From Longimicrobiales bacterium (GTDB lineage: Bacteria; Gemmatimonadota; Gemmatimonadetes; Longimicrobiales; Gaopeijiaceae): DNA of 64,000 nucleotides. The translations under genes and the position numbers were made by a program. The notes below the pieces were generated by a model, which saw nothing but the letters and a program-made list of their open reading frames with translations, searched no databases and was not told where the DNA came from. The stretch covers positions 3,456,001 through 3,520,000 of the forward strand of contig OZ241892.1 in NCBI GenBank assembly GCA_965203485.1, written 5' to 3'. Below are positions 50,416-58,743 of the stretch, in pieces; the stretch's first letter is position 1, and each line of letters begins with the position of its first letter.

Positions 50416-51020
50416 CTCTCGACGTCGCGGTCGTCGTCGAAGGGAAGGGCGAGACGTTGGCCGTGCCGGTGCTCTTGCGCAGGATCGCCGCTGTTGTGAC
50501 GCCCGGCCTCGACCTGAGGATCGACGTTCTGAGACGAGGAAGGCAACAGGTCGTCAAGAAGCCGCACTTCGAGAAGTCCATCGACTTGGCCGCCCGGCGC
50601 GTCGGGCCGAAAGGGGTGATTCTGGTCCTGCTGGACGCCGACACCGATTGCCCGGCGGAGCTGGGGCCGCAGTTGGTCCGGCGCGCCGCGAGAGCCCGCC
50701 CTGATCGAGTCACGCGCGTGGTCCTCGCCAAGTCGGAGTACGAAGCGTGGTTTCTCGCGTCGGCCGGATCGCTGGCGGGAAAGCACGGAATGCGGGTGGA
50801 CCTGACTGCTCCGGCAGATCCGGAGAGCATCCGGGATGCCAAGGGATGGCTGAGCCGCCATCAAGCAGACGAGCGATCGTATCGGCCCTCGGTGCACCAG
50901 ACGTCGCTCACGGCGGCCTTCGACATGGCGGCCGCAAGATCCGCGCCGTCGTTCGACAAGCTGTGGCGCGACGTGGCAACCGAGTTGCGCTTGCGCTACC
51001 GCGGAGGCCCGAATCTGTAG
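50412..51020 (+). CDS. DUF4276-family (TOPRIM-like) protein
   Basis: VVEGKGE, LLDADTDCP, EYEAWFLA, DAKGWL, SFDKL; ATGA coupling to the ATPase. Confidence 0.8.
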   Translation: MTLDVAVVVEGKGETLAVPVLLRRIAAVVTPGLDLRIDVLRRGRQQVVKKPHFEKSIDLAARRVGPKGVILVLLDADTDCPAELGPQLVRRAARARPDRVTRVVLAKSEYEAWFLASAGSLAGKHGMRVDLTAPADPESIRDAKGWLSRHQADERSYRPSVHQTSLTAAFDMAAARSAPSFDKLWRDVATELRLRYRGGPNL

Positions 51021-51065
51021 GTTGCCGATGAGCCGGGGATGCTCGTCTTGCGAGAGCCGGAACCC

Positions 51066-51134
51066 GCTCGGGGCCGCCTCAGCGCTTCGCCAAGCTGTCG
51101 TGCCTGCGCGACTCGGGCTCTTGGATGGGTCCAT
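51066..51134 (-). pseudogene. Internally deleted remnant of an Rpn gene copy
   Basis: 51066-51096 matches 54358-54388 (1 mismatch, TGG to TGA) and abuts a copy of the Rpn 5' end. Confidence 0.7.
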
Positions 51135-51292
51135 GCGACGCAGCCTGCAATGCGGGGTCGCCCGCCTCGCCGGTGCACGCGGACCGCGTCCCAGAGCAGG
51201 CCGGGAGAGAATACGACCGCCGAATCAGCGTTCCTTCATCGTGCACGCTACCGTCGAGTCCGGCAGGCGTCGACCGTGGTATGTTCCTCCTT
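51097..51292. repeat. ~200-bp direct repeat, copy 1 (Rpn 5' end + rpn/drmA intergenic region)
   Basis: Aligns to 54977-55176 with scattered substitutions and one 4-nt indel. Confidence 0.92.
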
Positions 51293-51467
51293 AAGCGGAA
51301 GTTCCGGGGGCAAACGGGGCGAGCGTCTGCTGGACCGCAGGCCGTCGAGGGGCCGCTCGCTGGCGGCGGCGATGGCGCTGGCGCGGATTCTCGAGCCCGG
51401 CTCGAAGCTGGCGACGGCGCGGGGGTTGAGTCGCGAGACGCTGGCCGGCACGCTGGGCGAGGAGCTC
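51290..51467 (+). mobile_element. IS1634-family remnant (possible terminal IR + internal transposase fragment)
   Basis: 51321-51467 reads ERLLDRRPSRGRSLAAAMALARILEPGSKLATARGLSRETLAGTLGEEL, typical of IS1634 transposases. CTTAAGCGGAAGTT at 51290 resembles their ends. Confidence 0.65.
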
Positions 51468-51689
51468 TGCCGCCCAATCGCCGCTCTCGAGCCGCTCCAC
51501 GTCTCTTGGGGCCGCTCCAAGCCCAATTCCGCGAATTCCGCGCGTTCGCACCGTCGAGAGCCCGGTAAACCGCTGTGTCCCGCCAAGTTTCGTCGCGGAT
51601 GCGCCAAATCCGTTTATCCACGGGCTGCTAGCCATCCGGTCAAGGCTCGCCCGCCGCACGGACGGCTTCGCTGTTTGCCAAGCCGTGTA

Positions 51690-52442
51690 GGAGTCACCAT
51701 ATTCGGGAACGTTCCGATCAATACTCCGTCCCCCCCCAGCCGTTCATTGGATTTGTACTCCCTGGACGGAACGCGAGAAACTTTCTATACCGCATGGAAT
51801 ATTCCCAGCGAGGCTGAAGATTTGATGTTGGAGGAAGCTCAAGGCTCCTACAGGGCCATCGTCAACGTCAAGACGCCACCCGAATTTGCGCCACCATTGT
51901 TGATCGATGTCTTGTCGGATGGCCTTGTGGCTCTAGTCGATTCCACGGGATATCGAATCAAATTGATATCCCCTGCTGGAACTATCGCAGGCACGCTGGA
52001 CAGGTCGATCGAGCCTATGGACGTAACGCCGGCGATCAAGCAAGCAGCGCGAGACCGAAGAGCGGGCGCGAGCGTCTCAGTCCTTGGAGCTGACATATCC
52101 GAGCAGGCGCGTCGTGCGCTGATGCGCCAACTCCAGGACGACGCCGCGAGTCGAATGACGTTTGCAGAGCAGATTCCTGTGATCAACAGGATGGCCGTGG
52201 ACTCGGAAGACCGCATTTGGGTCGAACGCACGGGAAGAGACGGTTTCTCCGACGGGCCGACAGACGTGTTTGACGCCGACGGTACCTACTTGGGCACGTT
52301 GTCCGCTGACGGCCTCCGCATTCCTCGCGCCTTCGGACCCGACGGGCTGATGGCGTACATCCAGCGAGACGAACTCGATTCTCCCTTCGTGCGCGTCATC
52401 AGATTGCTGGCGCTGGAGCGGTCCGGGGATCCGTCGAACTAG
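51690..52442 (+). pseudogene. C-terminal half of a 6-bladed beta-propeller protein (paralog of 23356-24813)
   Basis: FYTAW, VDSTGYRIKL, EQIPVI, RIWVER, DGTYLGTL, AFGPDGLMAY align with the intact copy; no native start. Confidence 0.8.
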
Positions 52443-52537
52443 AACCGCCGATTGGCCAATCGGCCCGAGCCTGTACATCGCCCGCCTTCCGCGCTATCAT
52501 GCCGGAACGGTATGGATCCCCATCGGCGTCCTGCCGC

Positions 52538-52675
52538 TCGTTGAGCGACGCCCTTCGGCGGCGAGGCGGCGCCAGAGAGATTGCACGGCGGACGTCCGGT
52601 AGGGCAAAGCACTTCGGGATCCGTCTTGACTACAACCTTGGAGTCGGCACGAGGCATTACGCCGTTTCCTTGGGC
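52538..52675. repeat. 138-bp near-identical copy of 49375-49512 (internal piece of the ATPase gene)
   Basis: Direct comparison shows 2 mismatches. Confidence 0.92.
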
Positions 52676-52838
52676 ACGCACCCGGCCGGTGGCGGTCTCC
52701 AATGCGGGCGCGCGCACACGGTCGCTCGTCTTGGCAGGCGCCGATGGCGTCTCGAGAGCAGGCCGCGACAGAATGCGCGTTTTGCGGATTCTCCACATGG
52801 TGGCGCACAAGAATTGCCACACTCGCACCAGTCTGCGG

Positions 52839-53378
52839 CTCGATGAGCTAGGACTGGCCCGCCGGTTCGGCGTCGTCGAATTAGCCTCTGGAAGCAATCT
52901 ATACCGAGCAACCGTCAAGAAGGACGACGCCAGCGCAGAAGCTGTGTTGCCGGATGTCGGCTTCGGCGTTTCCCAGGTCTTGCCCGCGCTCGTTCTCCTC
53001 TACTACGTTCCCCGTGGTTCCATCGTACTGATGGAGCAACCGGAGATTCATCTTCATCCCTCGGCTCAAGGGGGATTGGCCGATGCGATTCTGTCCGCCG
53101 CCAAGGCCCGAGACCTTCAGGTAATTGTAGAGAGCCACAGCGAGCACCTCTTGCGACGACTTCAACGTCGTGTCGCCGAAGAAGAAGCGTCGTCTGATGA
53201 CGTGAAGCTGTACGCTACTAGCGTCATGGGCGGTAGGGGCGAAATCTCCGACTTGGAACTCACACCCCTTGGCGAAATTCGGAAATGGCCAGAAGAGTTC
53301 TTCGGCGACGAACTGGGCGAGATATTGGCGATCAGGCGAACCGCGCTTTCTCGCAGGTTACAACCTGGTGGCGAATAA
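52839..53378 (+). pseudogene. C-terminal fragment of an ABC ATPase with DUF3696-like tail
   Basis: DVGFGVSQVLP signature, MEQPEIHLHP, ESHSEHLLRR, WPEEFF; Walker A is absent. Confidence 0.8.
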
Positions 53379-53868
53379 TCGACGGTGTGTGGTTGTCGAC
53401 ACGAACGTTCCGATTGCCGCCAACGGACGCGACATGCACGCCGATGTGGCGTGCCAACTTGCTTGCATAGAAGCAATCAAGGAGACATACAATAACCGGC
53501 TGGTCGTCCTCGATCACGGAGAGTTGATCTTGGACGAATACGCGAAGCACCTAAACCGAAGTGGCGAACCAGGCGCAGACGACGCATTCTTCGAGTATCT
53601 GTTTATGCACGGCTACACGCCCAGTCGCGTGCACCGGGTGTCGCTAACGCAGATCGGAGACGAGAGCCGTGGGTTTGCGGAGCTGCCGGTGAACGGCTTT
53701 GATCCTGGGGATCGGAAATTTCTGGTTGCCGCGCTGGTGGCCGATGCGGCGATTATCAACGCCACGGACGGCGACTGGCACGAGCAACGAGCATGTTTGA
53801 AACGTTGAGAGGTGGTTGTGGAACAGCTGTGCCCACAACACGCGGTCAAGTTGGCGATGGCTACATGA
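53368..53868 (+). pseudogene. PIN-domain protein with a probable premature stop at 53806-53808
   Basis: VVVDTNVP, ILDEY, DPGDRKFL, NATDGDW; the frame continues past TGA as EVVVEQLCPQHAVK. Confidence 0.65.
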
Positions 53869-53899
53869 CCGCAATCGAAGTTCGCGAGATGAATTGGTG

Positions 53900-54235
53900 C
53901 TATTGGGAACGTCGCCTGACAACCCTGCGTCCTGCGGCCTCCAACAGCTCGTCGCCGGTGTCGCAATCGACCACGGCGTCCCCGACCCGAGCCAGCTCGT
54001 CGGCGCCCATCCCCTCGACCAGTCCCTCTAGCTGTTGCGCCGTCTCCGCGCCGAACCGTCGCGAGGCCAGCCGCAACACCATCGCTTGGCGCTCCTCCGT
54101 CCGTCCCCGCTCCAGCCCCCTTTCCATGCCGCGCTCCATGCCACGCTTTATGCCGCGTTCCATGCCGCGCTTCATGCCCCGCTTCCATCCCCGCTGTTCG
54201 TGGCCTCTTGCCCAGTCGTCGTAGGTCTCGCTCAT
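53900..54235 (-). CDS. Predicted in-frame internal product RpnS (111 aa)
   Basis: GGGAGGAGAAGACGAC-ATG strong RBS immediately before MSETYDDW, at the start of the repeat domain. Confidence 0.6.
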   Translation of the reverse strand: MSETYDDWARGHEQRGWKRGMKRGMERGIKRGMERGMERGLERGRTEERQAMVLRLASRRFGAETAQQLEGLVEGMGADELARVGDAVVDCDTGDELLEAAGRRVVRRRSQ

Positions 54236-55018
54236 GTCGTCTTCTCCTCCCGGTTGGATGATCCACCGCACGGCTTGCCGCCGACGCTCCTCCGGTCCCC
54301 GTGCGGCTCGCAACCGCTCGCCGGTCCAGACGGCCAGCGCCTTGCGCAAGTCCGAGTGCTCGGGGCCGCCCCAGCGCTTCGCCAAGCTTCGGCGAACCCT
54401 CGGCAGGCTCGTCCAAGGAGCCGTCTCCATCGCCGCGATCCAGCCGAGCAGGCTGTCGCTGGGAAGCAAGTGTTGCGCGAAGGCCGACTGCAAGTCAAGC
54501 ACGCGGTGGCCGTGGGCGTGCAGCCAGTCGCCCCTCAGGCAATGCGTTGCTTCCGCCAGCGAGGGCGCCCGTCTGCGGGCGAGTTCAGTCAATGTTGGGA
54601 CGGCGCTCCAGGGCTGCCCGCCGGAGTGGACGACGATGGACATCGTGTGCGGCATGGCGCGGCCCGGGTCGAGCAGGCTGGGATAGCGATGAAACACGAG
54701 GTGCGCCGCTTGGCTGTAGCTCATGGTGCGGAAGACCATGTCGTGATCCACGGATGACTGGAACTCGACGAGAAAGACGACCGATGCTCGGCCGTCCTTG
54801 AACCAAGCCCGCCATGCGCAGTCGCCGAGCTGGCGCTTCAGGTCCGGGCTGACGGTCTCGGTGGCGAACGGCTCGACGGTCGAGAGGTCGAGCGCGTGGC
54901 TCCAGCCCTTGGCGGCGAAGTCGCGGATCAGGTCGGTGGCGGCCTGGGCGTGCGAGAACAGGAGCTTGTAGGTCTGGTCGTGCCTGCGCGACTCGGGCTC
55001 TTGGGCGGGGCGGTCCAT
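53900..55018 (-). CDS. Rpn/YhgA-family recombination-promoting nuclease (PD-(D/E)XK)
   Basis: HDQTYKLLFSH, LDLSTVE, LGD, LVEFQS, variable GxxR repeats, RLASRRFG C-terminal module. Confidence 0.88.
   Translation of the reverse strand: MDRPAQEPESRRHDQTYKLLFSHAQAATDLIRDFAAKGWSHALDLSTVEPFATETVSPDLKRQLGDCAWRAWFKDGRASVVFLVEFQSSVDHDMVFRTMSYSQAAHLVFHRYPSLLDPGRAMPHTMSIVVHSGGQPWSAVPTLTELARRRAPSLAEATHCLRGDWLHAHGHRVLDLQSAFAQHLLPSDSLLGWIAAMETAPWTSLPRVRRSLAKRWGGPEHSDLRKALAVWTGERLRAARGPEERRRQAVRWIIQPGGEDDMSETYDDWARGHEQRGWKRGMKRGMERGIKRGMERGMERGLERGRTEERQAMVLRLASRRFGAETAQQLEGLVEGMGADELARVGDAVVDCDTGDELLEAAGRRVVRRRSQ
54106..54195. repeat. 12-bp tandem repeat inside rpn (GWKR-GMKR-GMER-GIKR-GMER-GMER-GLER)
   Basis: TTCCATGCCGCG-like units, seven copies visible in the translation. 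Confidence 0.85.
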
Positions 55019-55176
55019 GCGACGCGGCCTGCAATGCGGGGTCGCCCGCCTCGCCGGTGCGCGCGGACCGCGTCCCGGAGCGGGCCGGGAGAGAATGCGA
55101 CCGCCGAATCAGCATTCCTTCATCGTGCACGCTACCGTCGGGTCCGGCAGGCGCCGACCGTGGTATGTTCCTCCTT
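54977..55176. repeat. ~200-bp direct repeat, copy 2
   Basis: Aligns to 51097-51292. Confidence 0.92.
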
Positions 55177-58100
55177 GAGCCAACCGATCCCGCCTGCGAT
55201 CCCACGATCTTGCCACGCACATCCGCGCAAGTCCGCGACCAGCTCGTCGAGTCCTTGCAACTCGACTTGATCGGTCCGTGGCCCGGCCACGCCTTCGAGG
55301 AAGAGCGGTTGCCGGGTTGGGAGCGACCCTCGGTGTGGTACTTGACCGGCTTCCTGGTCCCGTCGGGCGCCCCGCCGGAACACCGGGTGGACGCAGACGA
55401 AGACGACGAACTGGACGAGACGCCCGAAGTCGCAGGCCTCGGGGAGGAGTCCAACGAGGAGCGCAGGGCCGCGAAGAAGACGTTCTTTCCGTCGTCCATG
55501 GGGCTGAGCTTTCTGGTTCCGCCTGGAATTGGTTCGCTTGACGTAATCGTCTCCTGGGGCGACTACGAACGAGACAAGATCGAAGGGGGAGCCCAAGGGA
55601 GCGAAGGGAACCGCAAGCCCGTCGATGTCTGGCGGAGACGCCCGCGCAGCGAGACCGTGCCCGTGCTTCTTGGCCACGGGTTGGAGCCCGTCGTCGTTGG
55701 CGTGCCGGACTCGGGGGGTCTCGAGCTTCACTTGGTCTGCCGACCAACCGCCGCGAGCGGAGCCCTCGCGGGCAGGCTTCCCGCCGACACCCGGGCAACA
55801 TCGGTGTTCTTGGTCAATCGCAGGGCGGCGGTGGACGCCCCGGAGGGCGACGGCGACACGGCCTTCGCCTTTCAGCCGTGCGTCGAAGTGCGTTGCGCCG
55901 CGCCCTTCGTGGCCCGGCCGGACCCTCGGCGCTCGGTGCTCGGCGACTGGGACGAGCAGGTGGCAGACCTTCACTACGCCGACTCGCCCGAGTACGCGGC
56001 CGGCCATGGCGTGTCCGCCGACTGGGATGTCGTGGACGGCCGGTGCCGCGTGGTCCGCACGGCCTGGATGCCGCGCGCTCAAGTCGAGAAGACCGAGACG
56101 ATGGATGACGTGTCCGGTGCCGCGTTGGCGATGGACGATCTTGGTGCGCTGGCGGACGGCGACGCGGCGAAGGCCGTCCTGTCGCCGCTGGTGGATCGCT
56201 ACCGCGGCTGGATCGAGGAACGCCGCCGGGAGCTGAAGGCGCCGGGCGGCCATGGGACATCCGGCGTCGGCGCCGGCCCCGCCGACCCTCGCAATCGCGC
56301 GGTTGCCGACACGCTCGACGCCCAGCGCCGCGAGACGGCGGAGTATCTCCTGGACTTGGCCGGACATGCGGCCGACCGCATGGAGCGCGGCATCGATGCC
56401 TTGGCTGGAGACGGCGACCTTCTGGACGCGTTCCGCATGGCCAACCGCGCGGTGGCCGCTGCGCTTCGCCGGCGTCCAGCGCCGATCGCGCCCCGCCCCT
56501 CGTCGTGCGCCGAATCGCCTCGCTGGAGGAGCTTCCAACTCGCTTTCGTCCTGCTGAACCTGTCCGGCTTGGCCGATCCGGCTCATGCGGACCGCAAGAC
56601 GGTGGACTTGTTGTTCTTTCCCACAGGCGGAGGCAAGACCGAGGCGTACCTGGGGCTGGCGGCCGTCGCCATGGCGTTGCGGCGGTTGCGCGACCCGGGA
56701 CCGGTCGAGCACCGGGGCGCGGGCGTGTCCGTCGTGATGCGCTACACGCTGCGCCTTCTCACGTTCGACCAGCTGGCGCGCGCCGCCGGACTCGTGTGCG
56801 CCCTGGAGTTGGAACGCGAGCGCGATCCGGACCGCTACGGCGAATGGCCCTTCGAGATCGGCTTGTGGGTCGGCAAGGCGGCGACTCCCAACGTTCTCGG
56901 CGCCAAGGGCGACACGCGCCGCGACACGGCCCGCGCGCGCACCATCCACTACAAGCAGGACCCCCGCAACAAGCCGTCGCCCATCCCCTTGGAAGATTGT
57001 CCTTGGTGCGGCACGCCGTTCAGCGCGGATTCCTTTCAGCTGGAGCCCGACGACGACAATCCTCGCAACTTGCGCATCGGGTGCGCGAACTTCGAGTGCG
57101 ACTTCGCCGGCGACCGCCCGTTGCCGATCGTCGCGGTGGACGAACCCTTGTACCGCCGCCTGCCCGCGTTCGTCGTCGCGACCGTGGACAAGTTCGCTTC
57201 GTTGCCATGGACCGGTGCGTGCGGCGTGCTGCTGGGAGGCGCCGACCGTGCCGGTCGCGGTGGCTTCTACGGCGCTTCGGAGCCCGGGAAGGGAGACCGG
57301 CTGCCCGCGCCGCTGCCTCCGCCCGACCTCATCGTCCAGGACGAGCTGCACCTGATCTCGGGTCCCCTCGGCACCATGGCCGGCCTGTACGAGACCGCGA
57401 TCGAAGAGCTGTGCGAGAGTGCCGGGCCGGCTCCGAAGATCGTGGCGTCCACGGCCACCGTCCGCCGGGCCCAGGACCAGATACAGGCGCTGTTCGCCCG
57501 CCCCGCGACGCAAGTGTTTCCGCCGCCCGGTCCCGCGCGCGGCGATTCCTTCTTTGCGCGCACCGCGCCTGCGTCCGGGACGCCCGCCCGCCTCTACTTG
57601 GGCCTCGCCGCCCAGGGTCGCAGTCCCAAGTTGGTGATGAGACGGGCCGTGCTGGCCCTCATGGGAGCGGCGGAGAAGGCGTACCGCGAGGCTGGCGGAC
57701 ATGCCGCCGAGCACAACCCGGCCGACCCCTACATGACGTTGCTGGGCTATTTCAACAGCCTGCGCGAACTGGGCAGCGCCCGGCGCATCTTGGAGGAGGA
57801 GGTGCGCAACACGCTTCAACGCATCGGCGCCCGGCGCCGGATTGCGGCGGGCCACGCATCCGGGACGGCGCCCGCCGGACTGTTCCGCAACCGTCGCACG
57901 GTCGGCGACGTGGTCGAACTCACGTCGCGGGTCTCGACCGGCAAGGTGGCCGAAGCCCGCCAGCGACTGGGCCGCGCGTCCCACGAACAGCGCTCGGTCG
58001 ACTACGCCATTGCGACCAACATGATTTCGGTCGGCCTCGACATTCCCCGCCTGGGACTCATGTTCGTCGTTGGCCAGCCCAAGACGCACGCCGAGTACAT

Positions 58101-58743
58101 CCAGGCCACGAGCCGCGTGGGCCGAGACAGCGCCCGGCCCGGCTTGGTCGTGACGCTGCTCAACGTCCACAGACCTCGCGACCGGTCGCACTACGAGACC
58201 TTCCGCAACTATCACGAGACGTTCTATCGCTCCGTCGAGGCGACCAGCGTAACGCCGTTCGCCGCGCGCGCGCTCGACCGCGGCCTGGCGGGCGCTCTCG
58301 TGGCGCTGGCCCGTCACGGCCGTGCCGCGCTCGCGCCGTTCACCGGCGTGGAGCGACTGGGCGACGAACGCAACGATGTCGAGCGTCTTCTGTTGCGGGC
58401 CTTTCTGGATCGGGTCGAGCACCAGCCGGGCGTGTCGGACGGGGAGCGCGATGAGCTTGCGCGTAGCGTCCGCAACCGGATAGTGGATTTGCTGGATTCC
58501 TGGCAGCACGTGGTGAGCGACTATCGACATGCGGGCGTGGGCGTCCAATACCAGAAGCACGAGAAGCGCGGACCGGCTCTGCGGCCTCTGCTTCGCGAGA
58601 TGCTCGACCGGGAGTTCGAGTCGGAGCATCACGCCAAGTTCCGCGCCAACCGCTCGTTGCGGGACGTCGAGCCGGAAGTGAACGTTTACGTGAAGGAGCC
58701 TGGCGGGGCGAGCGGCGGCGGCTCGCCGGGAGGCGGACGATGA
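55165..58743 (+). CDS. drmA: DISARM SF2 helicase DrmA
   Basis: LQLDLIGP, PSSMGLSF, WRSFQLAF, FPTGGGKTEAY, QDELHLI, STAT, ATNMISVGLD, QATSRVGR. The start is uncertain (55165 or about 55210). Confidence 0.9.
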   Translation: MFLLEPTDPACDPTILPRTSAQVRDQLVESLQLDLIGPWPGHAFEEERLPGWERPSVWYLTGFLVPSGAPPEHRVDADEDDELDETPEVAGLGEESNEERRAAKKTFFPSSMGLSFLVPPGIGSLDVIVSWGDYERDKIEGGAQGSEGNRKPVDVWRRRPRSETVPVLLGHGLEPVVVGVPDSGGLELHLVCRPTAASGALAGRLPADTRATSVFLVNRRAAVDAPEGDGDTAFAFQPCVEVRCAAPFVARPDPRRSVLGDWDEQVADLHYADSPEYAAGHGVSADWDVVDGRCRVVRTAWMPRAQVEKTETMDDVSGAALAMDDLGALADGDAAKAVLSPLVDRYRGWIEERRRELKAPGGHGTSGVGAGPADPRNRAVADTLDAQRRETAEYLLDLAGHAADRMERGIDALAGDGDLLDAFRMANRAVAAALRRRPAPIAPRPSSCAESPRWRSFQLAFVLLNLSGLADPAHADRKTVDLLFFPTGGGKTEAYLGLAAVAMALRRLRDPGPVEHRGAGVSVVMRYTLRLLTFDQLARAAGLVCALELERERDPDRYGEWPFEIGLWVGKAATPNVLGAKGDTRRDTARARTIHYKQDPRNKPSPIPLEDCPWCGTPFSADSFQLEPDDDNPRNLRIGCANFECDFAGDRPLPIVAVDEPLYRRLPAFVVATVDKFASLPWTGACGVLLGGADRAGRGGFYGASEPGKGDRLPAPLPPPDLIVQDELHLISGPLGTMAGLYETAIEELCESAGPAPKIVASTATVRRAQDQIQALFARPATQVFPPPGPARGDSFFARTAPASGTPARLYLGLAAQGRSPKLVMRRAVLALMGAAEKAYREAGGHAAEHNPADPYMTLLGYFNSLRELGSARRILEEEVRNTLQRIGARRRIAAGHASGTAPAGLFRNRRTVGDVVELTSRVSTGKVAEARQRLGRASHEQRSVDYAIATNMISVGLDIPRLGLMFVVGQPKTHAEYIQATSRVGRDSARPGLVVTLLNVHRPRDRSHYETFRNYHETFYRSVEATSVTPFAARALDRGLAGALVALARHGRAALAPFTGVERLGDERNDVERLLLRAFLDRVEHQPGVSDGERDELARSVRNRIVDLLDSWQHVVSDYRHAGVGVQYQKHEKRGPALRPLLREMLDREFESEHHAKFRANRSLRDVEPEVNVYVKEPGGASGGGSPGGGR

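Noticed and set aside
53806..53808. Selenocysteine or read-through at the PIN TGA
   Set aside because: It is not a catalytic Cys position and no clear SECIS-like hairpin is present; a nonsense mutation is simpler.
54106..54195. CRISPR-like short repeats
   Set aside because: They are contiguous 12-bp coding repeats without spacers, and there are no cas genes.
49375..55176. DGR template/variable repeat interpretation of the 138-bp and 200-bp repeat pairs
   Set aside because: There is no reverse transcriptase in the window, the mismatches are not adenine-specific, and the repeats are not at a target-gene C-terminus.
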